IMG/VR virus record: IMGVR_UViG_3300047551_002158
Strand: one strand, 5' to 3'
Origin: a virus
Lineage: Duplodnaviria; Caudoviricetes
Length of the DNA stretch: 64,000 nt
Below are positions 48,143-57,753 of this stretch, piece after piece. A program made the translations under genes and the position numbers. The notes beneath the pieces were generated by a model. The model was not told the origin of the DNA and did no database searches. It worked only from the letters and a program-made list of their open reading frames with translations. Position 1 is the stretch's first letter. Every line of letters begins with the position of its first letter.

Positions 48143-50413
48143 ATGGCAACTTTAAATAGCGGTCAGGTTATAGGTGCAGATGGTCAGTTTATCTCTCTTG
48201 AGCAAACGGAGAGATATCTTGGCATACCTACTACTAGTGGTCAAGTATTAGCATCTTTAACCGATGGAACAAGATATTGGACTAATAATGGTGCCCAAGG
48301 AACTACTGGAACACAAGGTCCTCAGGGCATTCAAGGAATTCAGGGTGCTGGAGTTCAAGGTGTTCAAGGAATTCAAGGCACTACAGGATCCACTGGTAAT
48401 ACTGGTTCTCAAGGAATTCAAGGAACTCAAGGAATTATAGGTATTACAGGCCCTCAAGGCATTCAGGGAACCACAGGTAATACTGGATCTCAAGGTACTC
48501 AAGGAACCACAGGTAATACTGGTGCTCAAGGAACCACGGGTAATACTGGCACTCAAGGAACTACAGGTAGCACAGGTAACACAGGTCCTCAAGGAGATCC
48601 TGGAAATACTGGATCTCAAGGTATTCAAGGTTCTGCGGGATCTACCGGTACTACCGGTACTCAAGGTATTCAAGGTACTCAGGGAATTTTAGGTAACACA
48701 GGTCCTCAAGGTATTCAAGGCACTACAGGAACTACAGGTAACACAGGTTCTCAAGGTGTTCAGGGAACTCAAGGTATTATAGGTAATACTGGTTCTCAGG
48801 GTATTCAGGGTACTACAGGATCCACAGGTAATACGGGTTCTCAGGGTACTCAAGGAACTCAAGGTATTATAGGTAATACTGGTTCTCAAGGTATTCAAGG
48901 CACTACAGGTAATACTGGTTCTCAGGGTATTCAGGGAATTTCTATTCAAGGAGCTACTGGAACATCAGTTACTATTGTTGGTTCTATACCATCAAAAACA
49001 ACTGGTGCCGGTTCAACAGTATTAACTGCAAATGATACAATATATCCTTGGTATCCTCCATCTGCCGGCGAAGGTGTAGTCGCTCAAGATACTGGAAATC
49101 TTTGGGTATTTGATGGGACTATTTGGAACGATGTTGGTAAAATTGTAGGTCCACAGGGACTTCAAGGAATTACTGGTGCTGGCACTCAAGGTATTCAAGG
49201 TAGACAAGGTATTCAAGGAACCAATGGTAATACCGGTGCTCAAGGTATTCAAGGAACCACAGGTAGCACTGGAGGAACAGGTTCTCAAGGTATTCAGGGT
49301 ATTCAAGGTACTCAAGGAACTACAGGATCTACGGGATCTACAGGTTCTCAAGGTATTCAAGGAACTATAGGTAACACTGGAGGAACAGGTTCTCAAGGTT
49401 CTCAAGGCATTCAGGGTATTCAGGGATCTACAGGATCTACAGGTTCTCAAGGTATTCAAGGAACCACAGGTAACACGGGAGGAACAGGTTCTCAGGGTAT
49501 TCAGGGTAGACAAGGTATTCAAGGAACTACTGGTAATACAGGTGCTCAAGGTATTCAAGGAACTACTGGTAATACTGGCTCTCAAGGAACCACTGGAAAT
49601 TTAGGTGTTCAAGGATTCACGGGTAATACTGGTCCTCAAGGATCTCAGGGAACTCAAGGAATTACTGGTAACACTGGACCAACAGGTGCTCAAGGTACTC
49701 AGGGACTAACTGGTGCTGGAACTCAAGGTACTCAAGGAATTACTGGTAGCACTGGGGGAACAGGTTCCCAAGGTATTCAAGGTAGACAAGGTATTCAAGG
49801 TACTCAAGGAACTACTGGTAATACTGGTTTAACTGGAGGAACTGGAGCTCAAGGCACTCAGGGAATTATTGGTCCCACTGGTCCAACAGGTCCTCAAGGT
49901 ATTCAAGGTATTCAGGGAATTTTAGGTAACACTGGATCTCAAGGTGCCACTGGACCTGCCAACCTCTTAAATGCTACAGGAACAACTACAAATGCTACTT
50001 TTTATCCAGTTTTTGTTGCTGGTACTGGAAACCAAACACCAAGTATAAGAACAACTGCGACTGCATTTACATTTAATGCAAGTACAAGTGATCTGACTAT
50101 TGGAGGTACACTCACTGCTGGAGACATTAACTCAACTTCTGATATTAATCTGAAGGACAATGTTGAAACAATTTATAATGCTCTCGAAACACTTGAAAAT
50201 CTTCGTGGCGTGAGGTTTGTGTGGAAGGAAAGTGGTAAATTGTCTTTAGGTCTTATTGCACAAGAACTGGAAGAATTTATACCAGAACTTGTAGGAAGTG
50301 TAAATGAAGGAAAGAATAAGACTGTAAATTATAATGGTTTGATTGCTATTCTGATAGAATCCATTAAAGAATTAAAATCAAGAGTTGAACTTCTTGAAGC
50401 AAATTCTAAATAA
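48143..50413 (+). CDS. collagen-like tail fibre with C-terminal S74 chaperone
   Basis: Two long Gly-X-Y tracts split by a [12 protein letters not shown] domain; SDINLKDNV...GLIAQE. Confidence 0.88.
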   Translation: MATLNSGQVIGADGQFISLEQTERYLGIPTTSGQVLASLTDGTRYWTNNGAQGTTGTQGPQGIQGIQGAGVQGVQGIQGTTGSTGNTGSQGIQGTQGIIGITGPQGIQGTTGNTGSQGTQGTTGNTGAQGTTGNTGTQGTTGSTGNTGPQGDPGNTGSQGIQGSAGSTGTTGTQGIQGTQGILGNTGPQGIQGTTGTTGNTGSQGVQGTQGIIGNTGSQGIQGTTGSTGNTGSQGTQGTQGIIGNTGSQGIQGTTGNTGSQGIQGISIQGATGTSVTIVGSIPSKTTGAGSTVLTANDTIYPWYPPSAGEGVVAQDTGNLWVFDGTIWNDVGKIVGPQGLQGITGAGTQGIQGRQGIQGTNGNTGAQGIQGTTGSTGGTGSQGIQGIQGTQGTTGSTGSTGSQGIQGTIGNTGGTGSQGSQGIQGIQGSTGSTGSQGIQGTTGNTGGTGSQGIQGRQGIQGTTGNTGAQGIQGTTGNTGSQGTTGNLGVQGFTGNTGPQGSQGTQGITGNTGPTGAQGTQGLTGAGTQGTQGITGSTGGTGSQGIQGRQGIQGTQGTTGNTGLTGGTGAQGTQGIIGPTGPTGPQGIQGIQGILGNTGSQGATGPANLLNATGTTTNATFYPVFVAGTGNQTPSIRTTATAFTFNASTSDLTIGGTLTAGDINSTSDINLKDNVETIYNALETLENLRGVRFVWKESGKLSLGLIAQELEEFIPELVGSVNEGKNKTVNYNGLIAILIESIKELKSRVELLEANSK
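48290..49960 (+). repeat. collagen-like 9-nt repeat region
   Basis: [12 protein letters not shown] triplets; one non-repetitive insert near 48960-49150. Confidence 0.9.
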
Positions 50414-50431
50414 TAATATAAGGAGAAGGCA

Positions 50432-51796
50432 ATGTCCATAACAAGAAACAGAGAACTTTCGCAATTTGGATCTTTTCTTTATATTAATGATAGTTCGCAA
50501 AACATTGGAATTGCGACAGAAACAACACCATTTATTGGCATAGGAACTGAAAATCCAACTTCCAAATTGACAGTTCGTGGTGATATAAATGTCAGTGGTG
50601 TTATAACAGCCTCTGCTTTCTACGGGACATTTGCTGGAGTAATAGGAAATTCTAATTATTCATCAGTTGCTGGTGTGGCAACAGTAGCAGTTGGGTTAGG
50701 AACGACTTCCAGTGTCAATACATCTGGAATTATTACTGCTTCATCATTTTATCAAAATGGAACATTATTAGTAAATCCAGATCTTCAGACTTGGTTTATT
50801 GGTACTGGAAGTTCTATCTATCGTTTGAATGGAAATATTGGAATAGGACTGAGCACTCCAACAGAAAAACTAACTGTAAATGCTAACGTTAGTGCAAGTC
50901 GTTTTATATCAACAATAACATCAGGAACTTCGCCATTTACTGTATTATCAAACACTCTTGTTACAAACTTAAATGCAGATTTCCTAAGAGGCAAAACACC
51001 TCCTTCTGGGGATATTGTTGGTACAACAGATTCTCAAACATTAACTAATAAAACTCTCACAACTCCAACAATTGGAAGTGGTGGTGCTAATTTCAGTGGA
51101 ACAACTGGATCTACAAATTTAAGAGCATCAACAACTGCATCTGGTACTTTAACATTACCCGCAGAAACAGGGACTTTAGTGAGCACCGCAAGCACAGGAG
51201 CGGTTACTTCAAGTATGATTCTTGATGGTACAATTGTAAATGAAGATATCAGCAATTCCGCTTCTATTGCAATTACAAAATTAGCAGCATCTACAATTTC
51301 TGGCATTTCTCTTGGCAACAATTTAGGAACTTTGACGATTGGTTCCTATTTAAATGGAACTTCTTATAATGGTTCATCGGCAGTTACAATTTCTGCAAAC
51401 GCATCTTCAAGCAATACTGCAGATACATTAGTTGCTCGTGATGCATCTGGTGATTTTACTGCAGGTACAATTAGTTGTTCATATTTAAATGCAACATTTG
51501 ATGTAACTGGAGCAAATATCAATTCAACATCTGATGAGAACTTAAAAACAAATATCAAGACAATTGAAAATTCATTAGAAACTGTCAAATCTTTAAGAGG
51601 AGTTTCTTTTGACTGGAAAGAAACCGCAAAACCTTCTTATGGTGTGATTGCACAAGAAATTGAAGAGATTTTACCAGAACTTGTTACAACTGCTGAAAAT
51701 AAATCAGTAAATTATAATGGTTTGATTGGAGTTCTGATTGAAGCAGTAAAAGAACTTTCTGCTGAAGTTGAAGAACTCAAGAGTAAACTAATATAA
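50432..51796 (+). CDS. tail fibre protein with C-terminal S74 chaperone
   Basis: GNIGIG repeats, QTLTNKTLT, SDENLKTNI...GVIAQE. Confidence 0.85.
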   Translation: MSITRNRELSQFGSFLYINDSSQNIGIATETTPFIGIGTENPTSKLTVRGDINVSGVITASAFYGTFAGVIGNSNYSSVAGVATVAVGLGTTSSVNTSGIITASSFYQNGTLLVNPDLQTWFIGTGSSIYRLNGNIGIGLSTPTEKLTVNANVSASRFISTITSGTSPFTVLSNTLVTNLNADFLRGKTPPSGDIVGTTDSQTLTNKTLTTPTIGSGGANFSGTTGSTNLRASTTASGTLTLPAETGTLVSTASTGAVTSSMILDGTIVNEDISNSASIAITKLAASTISGISLGNNLGTLTIGSYLNGTSYNGSSAVTISANASSSNTADTLVARDASGDFTAGTISCSYLNATFDVTGANINSTSDENLKTNIKTIENSLETVKSLRGVSFDWKETAKPSYGVIAQEIEEILPELVTTAENKSVNYNGLIGVLIEAVKELSAEVEELKSKLI

Positions 51797-51830
51797 ATAA
51801 CAACAGTAAACGCCTAGTGGAGACACGAGG

Positions 51831-52190
51831 ATGGCAATCCAGATATCAGGAACGACTGTTATTGATAACAGTCGTAATCTAGCAAATATCGCAACGTTTG
51901 ATAGTACTGTTACATCTGCCTGGGACACCGTTACAGTTACTGCTACAGGTAAAACTCTTGTGAATAGAGAGTATTGTACTGTAACTGCAGCAGGTCAAAC
52001 AATCACTCTTCCAGCATCTCCAAGTGCAGGATGGGAAGTAGTTGTAAGTGTAGGTGATTTCACTAATACTGTTGTAGCAAGAAATGGCAGTAATATTATG
52101 GGACTTGCCGAAGATATCACTCTAGATAAAGCATGGGCTGTAATGAATTTCCTTTACACTGGTGCATCACAAGGTTGGAGGTTATATTGA
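51831..52190 (+). CDS. small fibre-associated protein
   Basis: MAIQISGTTVIDNSRNL; TITLPASPSAG; TATAAATA at 51792. Confidence 0.7.
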   Translation: MAIQISGTTVIDNSRNLANIATFDSTVTSAWDTVTVTATGKTLVNREYCTVTAAGQTITLPASPSAGWEVVVSVGDFTNTVVARNGSNIMGLAEDITLDKAWAVMNFLYTGASQGWRLY

Positions 52191-52191
52191 T

Positions 52192-53115
52192 ATGTCACTC
52201 TTAAGTCAATTTTCAACTGGTGGCGTCACTAAAGAGGTAATGCTAGTCGAAATCTTCGGTGTCGGAGGTGGAGGTGGAGGTGGTGCTCAAAATCCTCCTA
52301 CTGGCGATGCAGGTGGAGGCGGAGGTGCTGGTGCTGTTATCTATCAACAACTTGAAGTTGGTATTGGTGTCACATATACAATTAGTATTGGTGGAGGTGG
52401 TGCTGCAGGGACAGGGAGCACCGTTATTAGTACTAGAGAGGGAAACTCTGGAAATAGCACTTCTTTTGGTAATAATATTTTTGGATACACTATCTGCTAT
52501 GGAGGAGGAGGTGGCGGCGGCGGAAATGTTAGTTGTCCTGCCTCTTTAGGGAGCACTGGAGGAATGGGAAGAAATACTGAGTATGGAGAATTTACAATTG
52601 TTACTCCATATATTTCTCCAACTAGAACGGCATTTGAAAATGCCACAAATTCAAATTATCTTTATTTAACATCTCCGGGAAATGTTGACGCAATTACTTC
52701 TCCTGGTCCGAGCAGCCAAAATATTGTTTCTTGTGGTGGAGGTGGTGCAGGTGGACAATTTGATACTCCGGGAATTCTTGGAGTAGATGGAGTTCCTGGG
52801 GATTATATTGGAATTCCCGGTTCTTCTTTTGGTGGCGGCGGTGGGGGTCATCCTGGCGGTGCTGGAGGTACTGGTGGCGGTGGAAATGGAGGAGCTTCTC
52901 CAACAAATATTGGTTCGAACGCAACAGCGAATACTGGTGGAGGTGGAGGAGGAGGAGTACCCGCTGGGGGTTCTGGGGGTTCTGGAGTTTTCTTTGTTCG
53001 ATATCCAACCTCATATGCTGCAGCAACAGTTACAGGAAATACTCCAACACCAGCTCAATCGGGATATTATGTTTATCGTTGGAACTCCGGTCCAGGAACC
53101 ATTATATTTAATTAA
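52192..53115 (+). CDS. glycine-rich fibre-tip protein
   Basis: MSLLSQF; VGGGGGGG; SGVFFVRYP C-terminus. Confidence 0.75.
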   Translation: MSLLSQFSTGGVTKEVMLVEIFGVGGGGGGGAQNPPTGDAGGGGGAGAVIYQQLEVGIGVTYTISIGGGGAAGTGSTVISTREGNSGNSTSFGNNIFGYTICYGGGGGGGGNVSCPASLGSTGGMGRNTEYGEFTIVTPYISPTRTAFENATNSNYLYLTSPGNVDAITSPGPSSQNIVSCGGGGAGGQFDTPGILGVDGVPGDYIGIPGSSFGGGGGGHPGGAGGTGGGGNGGASPTNIGSNATANTGGGGGGGVPAGGSGGSGVFFVRYPTSYAAATVTGNTPTPAQSGYYVYRWNSGPGTIIFN

Positions 53116-53134
53116 TTAAAGGAGTTATAGTAAT

Positions 53135-54103
53135 ATGTCACTTTTAAGTCAATTTTTCCCTAAAGGTTATTCATCATCCAATACAATTCCAATTGAAATT
53201 TTCGGCGTTGGAGGTGGAGGAGGAGGTGGAGGTGGAACATCTAGTCCTCTAGGCAGTAAAAATGGTGCGGGTGGAGGAGGAGCAGGACAAGTTGTTTATC
53301 AAAGATTAAATGTAAATATTGGTATAGCTTACACTATTAGTATTGGTGCTGGTGGGGGTGGGGGTGGACCTGCCCCAGCAGGCGGCGATGGAACCCCCGG
53401 AGGTAGTGGTTTTGATGGAACTTCTACATCTTTTTCCGGATTTTCTTGTTTTGGTGGGGGAGGGGGGCAAGGTGCTGCCCCGGGACAGGTTTCTAATAAT
53501 GTTTATGGCAGTTCAGGTGGAAGAACTGGTAGTGGTTCTATATTAACTCCGGGTGCTACTATATTAGGATCGATGATATCTGCTGACGGATTTAGACTTC
53601 AACATACTGGATCTTTTGGAGGAAGTTCTGGAAATGATGCTGGTGCGGGTGGTGGAGCAGCAGGAGGTGCTTCATCAGCTCAATTCCAAAGGTTTGTAAC
53701 AGAGGCTACCTCTATAATTGGATATGATGGCATTTCAGCAGAGACTATTGGAATTTCTACTTACTTTGTTGGAGGTGGAGGTGGTGGTGGATTAGGACCT
53801 ACAGGACCAGCATTTAGACCAAGTGGTCCGGGTGCTGCTGCTGGTGGTATTGGTGGCGGAGGCACCAGTGGTACTGGATCTAATACTCCAACAAGAAATG
53901 GAACAACAAATACTGGTGGTGGTGCAGGTGGTTCTGGGGGTACCGGCAGCGCAGGAGGTACTGGTGGATCTGGCGTTTTCTTTGTTCGATATCCAACAGA
54001 ATACGCGGCTGCAACAGTTACCGGCAATTCTCCAGCACCATCGCAACCAGGATATTATGTTTACCGCTGGAACTCTGGTCCAGGAACAATTACATTTAAC
54101 TAA
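53135..54103 (+). CDS. glycine-rich fibre-tip protein (tandem paralog)
   Basis: MSLLSQF; C-terminus nearly identical to the upstream ORF. Confidence 0.78.
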   Translation: MSLLSQFFPKGYSSSNTIPIEIFGVGGGGGGGGGTSSPLGSKNGAGGGGAGQVVYQRLNVNIGIAYTISIGAGGGGGGPAPAGGDGTPGGSGFDGTSTSFSGFSCFGGGGGQGAAPGQVSNNVYGSSGGRTGSGSILTPGATILGSMISADGFRLQHTGSFGGSSGNDAGAGGGAAGGASSAQFQRFVTEATSIIGYDGISAETIGISTYFVGGGGGGGLGPTGPAFRPSGPGAAAGGIGGGGTSGTGSNTPTRNGTTNTGGGAGGSGGTGSAGGTGGSGVFFVRYPTEYAAATVTGNSPAPSQPGYYVYRWNSGPGTITFN

Positions 54104-54117
54104 GGAGGTAATGAATA

Positions 54118-54363
54118 ATGGCACATTTTGCTGAACTTGATGACAATAACGTTGTCATAAGAGTTTTAGTAGTCAATGATGACTATCTAAAAGATGAAAA
54201 TGGAAATGAGGTAGAAGCACTTGGACGTTCTCATATGGAATCAGTTCACGGTGGAAGATGGATACAAACATCATATAATGGTAATATTAGAGGTTCTTTT
54301 GCCAGTATAGGTAAAATTTATGATGAAGCAACAGATACGTTTATTCCAGCAAATCAACAATAA
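54118..54363 (+). CDS. small fibre-associated protein
   Basis: MAHFAELDDNNVVIRVLVV...WIQTSYNGNIRG; AGGAGG SD. Confidence 0.75.
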   Translation: MAHFAELDDNNVVIRVLVVNDDYLKDENGNEVEALGRSHMESVHGGRWIQTSYNGNIRGSFASIGKIYDEATDTFIPANQQ

Positions 54364-54386
54364 CTTTAATTATTAAATAAAATCTT

Positions 54387-54414
54387 AAAAGAGGGTTCAT
54401 AACCCTCTTTTTTT
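54387..54414 (+). terminator. intrinsic terminator ending the fibre operon
   Basis: AAAAGAGGGTT-CAT-AACCCTCTTTT plus a T tract. Confidence 0.88.
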
Positions 54415-54473
54415 ATTGTCTTTCTCCGATCAATCATATATAATGAAGTTGAATATATTATAGGAGCACAAAA

Positions 54474-55109
54474 GTGGCTTTTCAAAGTATATGGTATTAC
54501 ACAAATCTTCCAGATAAGATTATTGATGTAATAGAGGAGGATCTTTCGGAAAATTTTGATCCTCAGCTTCAAGACTCAAGAGTTGGTGAAGGTGATTTCG
54601 GAACAGTAGATAAAGACAAAAGAAATGCAAAAAATGCTTGGGTTCCAACAACTCACTGGGTTGCTGGATTTGTTTGGCATTATGTAATGAGAGCAAATCG
54701 TGAGAATTTTCTTTATGATTTGTCAAATATTGATGGAGAATCACTTCAATATACTGTGTATGGAGAAGGTGAATATTACGGTTGGCATAGTGATGCTGGA
54801 CTTTCCTCTCACTATAAACCATTGTCAGCAGGGAATCGTGGACACGATGGAGATATTCTCAACGATTTTGTAAACGAAAATTGCGAAAAGGTAAGAAAAC
54901 TTTCATTCAGTCTTCTTCTTTCAGATCCAGAAACTTATGAAGGTGGTAATTTGCAACTTTTAGATGAAGCAGGAAAATCTTATATTGCACCAAGACAGCG
55001 TGGAACTATCATTCTTTTTGATTCCAGATCACAACATAGAGTTCAAAAAGTGACAAAAGGAGTTCGCAAAAGTCTGGTAGGTTGGACAGTCGGCCCAAGG
55101 TGGAAGTGA
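54474..55109 (+). CDS. 2OG-Fe(II) oxygenase (prolyl-4-hydroxylase/PKHD-like)
   Basis: YGWHSD, RKLSFS, YEGGNL, HRVQKVTKGVRKSLVGW. Confidence 0.9.
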   Translation: MAFQSIWYYTNLPDKIIDVIEEDLSENFDPQLQDSRVGEGDFGTVDKDKRNAKNAWVPTTHWVAGFVWHYVMRANRENFLYDLSNIDGESLQYTVYGEGEYYGWHSDAGLSSHYKPLSAGNRGHDGDILNDFVNENCEKVRKLSFSLLLSDPETYEGGNLQLLDEAGKSYIAPRQRGTIILFDSRSQHRVQKVTKGVRKSLVGWTVGPRWK

Positions 55110-55117
55110 GGTGAATT

Positions 55118-55828
55118 ATGGCAGAACGTATGTCACAAGACCAAATAGACTTTCAGGAAAGACTAAATGCAAATACTTCCCCCACAAATAATGAACAATT
55201 TGATAAGGATGGATATCTTGTAATTAAAAATCTATGGGATCCAAAAGATCTTTATTGCGAACCTCCAAAAGTTAAAGGTCAATATAATTATTTTGGCAAA
55301 CTTGATAAGTTTTATCACATTCAATCAGAGAATCAAGTTGAAGGATCTACATCAAGATATTATTATCCACCATATAAGTATGCTCACTCACAGATTCGTT
55401 TAAAACTTGAGAAAGCAATTGGTAAAAAACTTTATAATACTTATTATTATGATCGTTTTTATAATCCAGGACAGGAACTAACAAATCACGCAGATCGTCC
55501 TGCTTGTGAGATTTCAGTAACTATTCATATAGGATCTAATTTAGATCAACCCTGGCCAATTTGGATTAAAACACCAGATACTTATGATGACCCCAAAAAG
55601 AAAACTAATATTCTTAAAAAGGGAGAAAATCGTTCAGTAATTCTTCAACCTGGGGATGGAATGATCTATAAAGGATGTGAAAGACCACATTGGAGAGATC
55701 CAATGCCAGGAGTTAAAAGAAATAAAATACGAAAATTATTCAAAATGAAAGAACTTTATTATCATCAAATCTTTTTTCATTATGTTCTTGCTGATGGTCT
55801 GAGAGCAAATTGTGCTGGAGACCGATAG
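55118..55828 (+). CDS. 2OG-Fe(II) oxygenase
   Basis: LTNHADRPACEISVT, GDGMIYKGCERPHWR, QIFFHYV. Confidence 0.85.
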   Translation: MAERMSQDQIDFQERLNANTSPTNNEQFDKDGYLVIKNLWDPKDLYCEPPKVKGQYNYFGKLDKFYHIQSENQVEGSTSRYYYPPYKYAHSQIRLKLEKAIGKKLYNTYYYDRFYNPGQELTNHADRPACEISVTIHIGSNLDQPWPIWIKTPDTYDDPKKKTNILKKGENRSVILQPGDGMIYKGCERPHWRDPMPGVKRNKIRKLFKMKELYYHQIFFHYVLADGLRANCAGDR

Positions 55829-55833
55829 GCATA

Positions 55834-55889
55834 GACACTTTAAAATCTGTCCACTGATACCCCGCAGCGACCCTGTGGGGTTTTATAGT
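55834..55889 (+). promoter_or_regulatory. early promoter/stem-loop cassette
   Basis: GACACTTTAAAATCTGTCCAC, then hairpin ACCCCGCAG/CTGTGGGGT, then TATAGT; -35 not consensus. Confidence 0.5.
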
Positions 55890-55911
55890 AGGTACATAAC
55901 GCACAAGACCG

Positions 55912-56016
55912 ATGAGGTTCTCCAATCTAGACCGACTACTTTTTGTTGGATCCTTCGTATGGTTTGTTCACTGGGCATCAAAAGTTTCTGAAGCAGTATT
56001 AAACTTTGTATTCTAA
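55912..56016 (+). CDS. 34-aa hydrophobic peptide
   Basis: MRFSNLDRLLFVGSFVWFVHWASKVSEAVLNFVF*; TAATG overlap with the next ORF. Confidence 0.6.
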   Translation: MRFSNLDRLLFVGSFVWFVHWASKVSEAVLNFVF

Positions 56017-56444
56017 TGCACTACCTTCATATTAGTGGATATGGTGCTCGTAAAAGGCGTTTAAAGGACGTTGTAGCGTGGTTTCTAAACAAGTACCTAC
56101 CCAGACACTACATTGCCTTAGAAGTCCTCCACAGAGGTCTTAGAAGAGAGCACTCTTATGGTTATTGTTCAGTCACTGGAGACATTTATCGTCCTCGTGA
56201 GTTTCTGATTGAGATTGATCCTAAATTGGATATCGAACTTTACACAAAAACAATCATACACGAATTAATTCATCTTCGTCAATCAGTTCTGGGATTACTC
56301 AGAGAACGTAAAGGCAAGATGTACTATAAAGAAATTAATTGCGATGATTTAGATTACTGGGAACAACCACACGAAGTAGAAGCACATGGTCTTGAAGAAT
56401 CTTATTACTTTGAATATCTTCAGGAGACTAAACAAAATGCTTGA
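56016..56444 (+). CDS. putative zinc metallopeptidase
   Basis: IIHELIHLRQ (HExxH) plus downstream EVEA. Confidence 0.7.
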   Translation: MHYLHISGYGARKRRLKDVVAWFLNKYLPRHYIALEVLHRGLRREHSYGYCSVTGDIYRPREFLIEIDPKLDIELYTKTIIHELIHLRQSVLGLLRERKGKMYYKEINCDDLDYWEQPHEVEAHGLEESYYFEYLQETKQNA

Positions 56445-56469
56445 CACACCTATAAAAACTCTGTACAAT
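56441..56469 (+). promoter_or_regulatory. sigma70-type early promoter
   Basis: TTGACA-17 nt-TACAAT. Confidence 0.75.
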
Positions 56470-56493
56470 GACCTTTGTGGAGGTTGAAAAATT

Positions 56494-56712
56494 ATGAACT
56501 CTATGAAAACTCTAAAGATGAAGAAACGATTCGTAAGTGTAACTCCAAAGAGTTCTAAAGCAAAAAACCGTTTTGTGAATATTATGCAATCACTTCATTC
56601 TTGCGAAGTAGAGCAAGAAACTTCCGATAAATTCTTCTTGGTTTCACTCAATCGTCAATACTGCTTCTGGATTCAGAAAGAAGGTAATGAACATTGGGAG
56701 GTGAGTAAATGA
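56494..56712 (+). CDS. conserved hypothetical protein
   Basis: RFVSVTPKSSKAKNRF...HW. Confidence 0.75.
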   Translation: MNSMKTLKMKKRFVSVTPKSSKAKNRFVNIMQSLHSCEVEQETSDKFFLVSLNRQYCFWIQKEGNEHWEVSK

Positions 56713-57020
56713 TCGGACTGATTGCTGGACTGACTTGTGGTATAACTACATTTTACGGTTTAGGAGACGGATTTCATGGACAAACTACGGCAAATGGTGA
56801 GCGGTTTGATGCTTATCGTTGGACTGCAGCTCATCCTTATCTACCTATGGGAAGTAAAATACGGGTGACAAATCAAGATAATGGAAAACAAGTTATCGTT
56901 CGTGTTAATGATAGGGGTCCTTACTCTCACGCTGACTTGGACCTCTCTTATGCTGCATTTGCACATATTGAATCGGTAAAAAAAGGTAACGCTACTGTTT
57001 GTTGGAGAGTTGTTGGATGA
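56709..57020 (+). CDS. RlpA-like double-psi beta-barrel protein (lytic transglycosylase family)
   Basis: FYG..FHGQTTANGERFD, TAAHPYLPMGS, VIVRVNDRGP, DLDLSYAAF. Confidence 0.88.
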   Translation: MIGLIAGLTCGITTFYGLGDGFHGQTTANGERFDAYRWTAAHPYLPMGSKIRVTNQDNGKQVIVRVNDRGPYSHADLDLSYAAFAHIESVKKGNATVCWRVVG

Positions 57021-57373
57021 AAAAACTGATTGCACTGATGCTTCTTCTACCTATTCCTGCTTTTGCTGGTCCTCCGTTCAAGTATCAGACTAATTGTTTT
57101 CTTGAACAAAAAGATGGAGTGTATCAGGAAGATATTTGTACTGTGGTAGAAACCCGCGAGAAAGGTGGAGCACTGAAGACACGAAACATCTATTCGAATC
57201 GTTGGGAACTTACAATCAAATCCCGATATGATGCAGAAAAAGGATTTGTGACTTGGGATAGTCACAATAAGTTTGAATATAAATGGGAATATAAAGTTGG
57301 TGGAGTTGGTGATCAAGCTGCAGTGACTTATGTAATGCCTGGTGTTATGGTTGAGAATGTGAGCTGGGATTGA
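57017..57373 (+). CDS. hypothetical protein with signal peptide
   Basis: MKKLIALMLLLPIPAFA-G N-terminus. Confidence 0.7.
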   Translation: MKKLIALMLLLPIPAFAGPPFKYQTNCFLEQKDGVYQEDICTVVETREKGGALKTRNIYSNRWELTIKSRYDAEKGFVTWDSHNKFEYKWEYKVGGVGDQAAVTYVMPGVMVENVSWD

Positions 57374-57543
57374 TGGAAGTTACTGAACATAATGTATCCG
57401 AATGGGAACTGAATCTGGACGAAATCCGAGAACTGATTCGTCTTGTAAAAAATCAAATTAAACTCTATGAAGGTGATAGAGTTACTCAAAACTATTATGG
57501 AGAAATATTGTCAAAACTTGTATTGATGAAACTCCAAAAATAA
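57373..57543 (+). CDS. hypothetical protein
   Basis: TGATG-coupled ORF MEVTEHNVSEWELNLDEIRELIRLV... read by hand. Confidence 0.55.
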   Translation: MEVTEHNVSEWELNLDEIRELIRLVKNQIKLYEGDRVTQNYYGEILSKLVLMKLQK

Positions 57544-57567
57544 ATAGTAAAAGAATAGGGAAGAACT

Positions 57568-57753
57568 ATGGTTGGGTTATTTGCTACAACCATTATTAAT
57601 TGCTCTGATGCTGTTTCTATTATCAATCGTCTCACTAAAGTTGTAGGTCTTACAAATCAACAAAGAATAGAAATCATTCAAACAATTCAAAAGTCTATTC
57701 CATCTTGTCCTTTAGTTATCAAACAAAATGAAAGATCAAAATCCAGTTCCTGA
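57568..57753 (+). CDS. hypothetical protein
   Basis: 61-aa ORF; TAAATA at 57541. Confidence 0.6.
   Translation: MVGLFATTIINCSDAVSIINRLTKVVGLTNQQRIEIIQTIQKSIPSCPLVIKQNERSKSSS

Noticed and set aside
48257-49585. Minus-strand Ser/Thr/Leu repeat ORFs
   Set aside because: Antisense shadows of the collagen tract
54474-55828. 2OG oxygenases as hydroxylases for the collagen fibres
   Set aside because: The collagen tracts are Pro-poor and their prolines are mostly in the X position (GPQ, GPT), not the Y position that collagen P4H modifies
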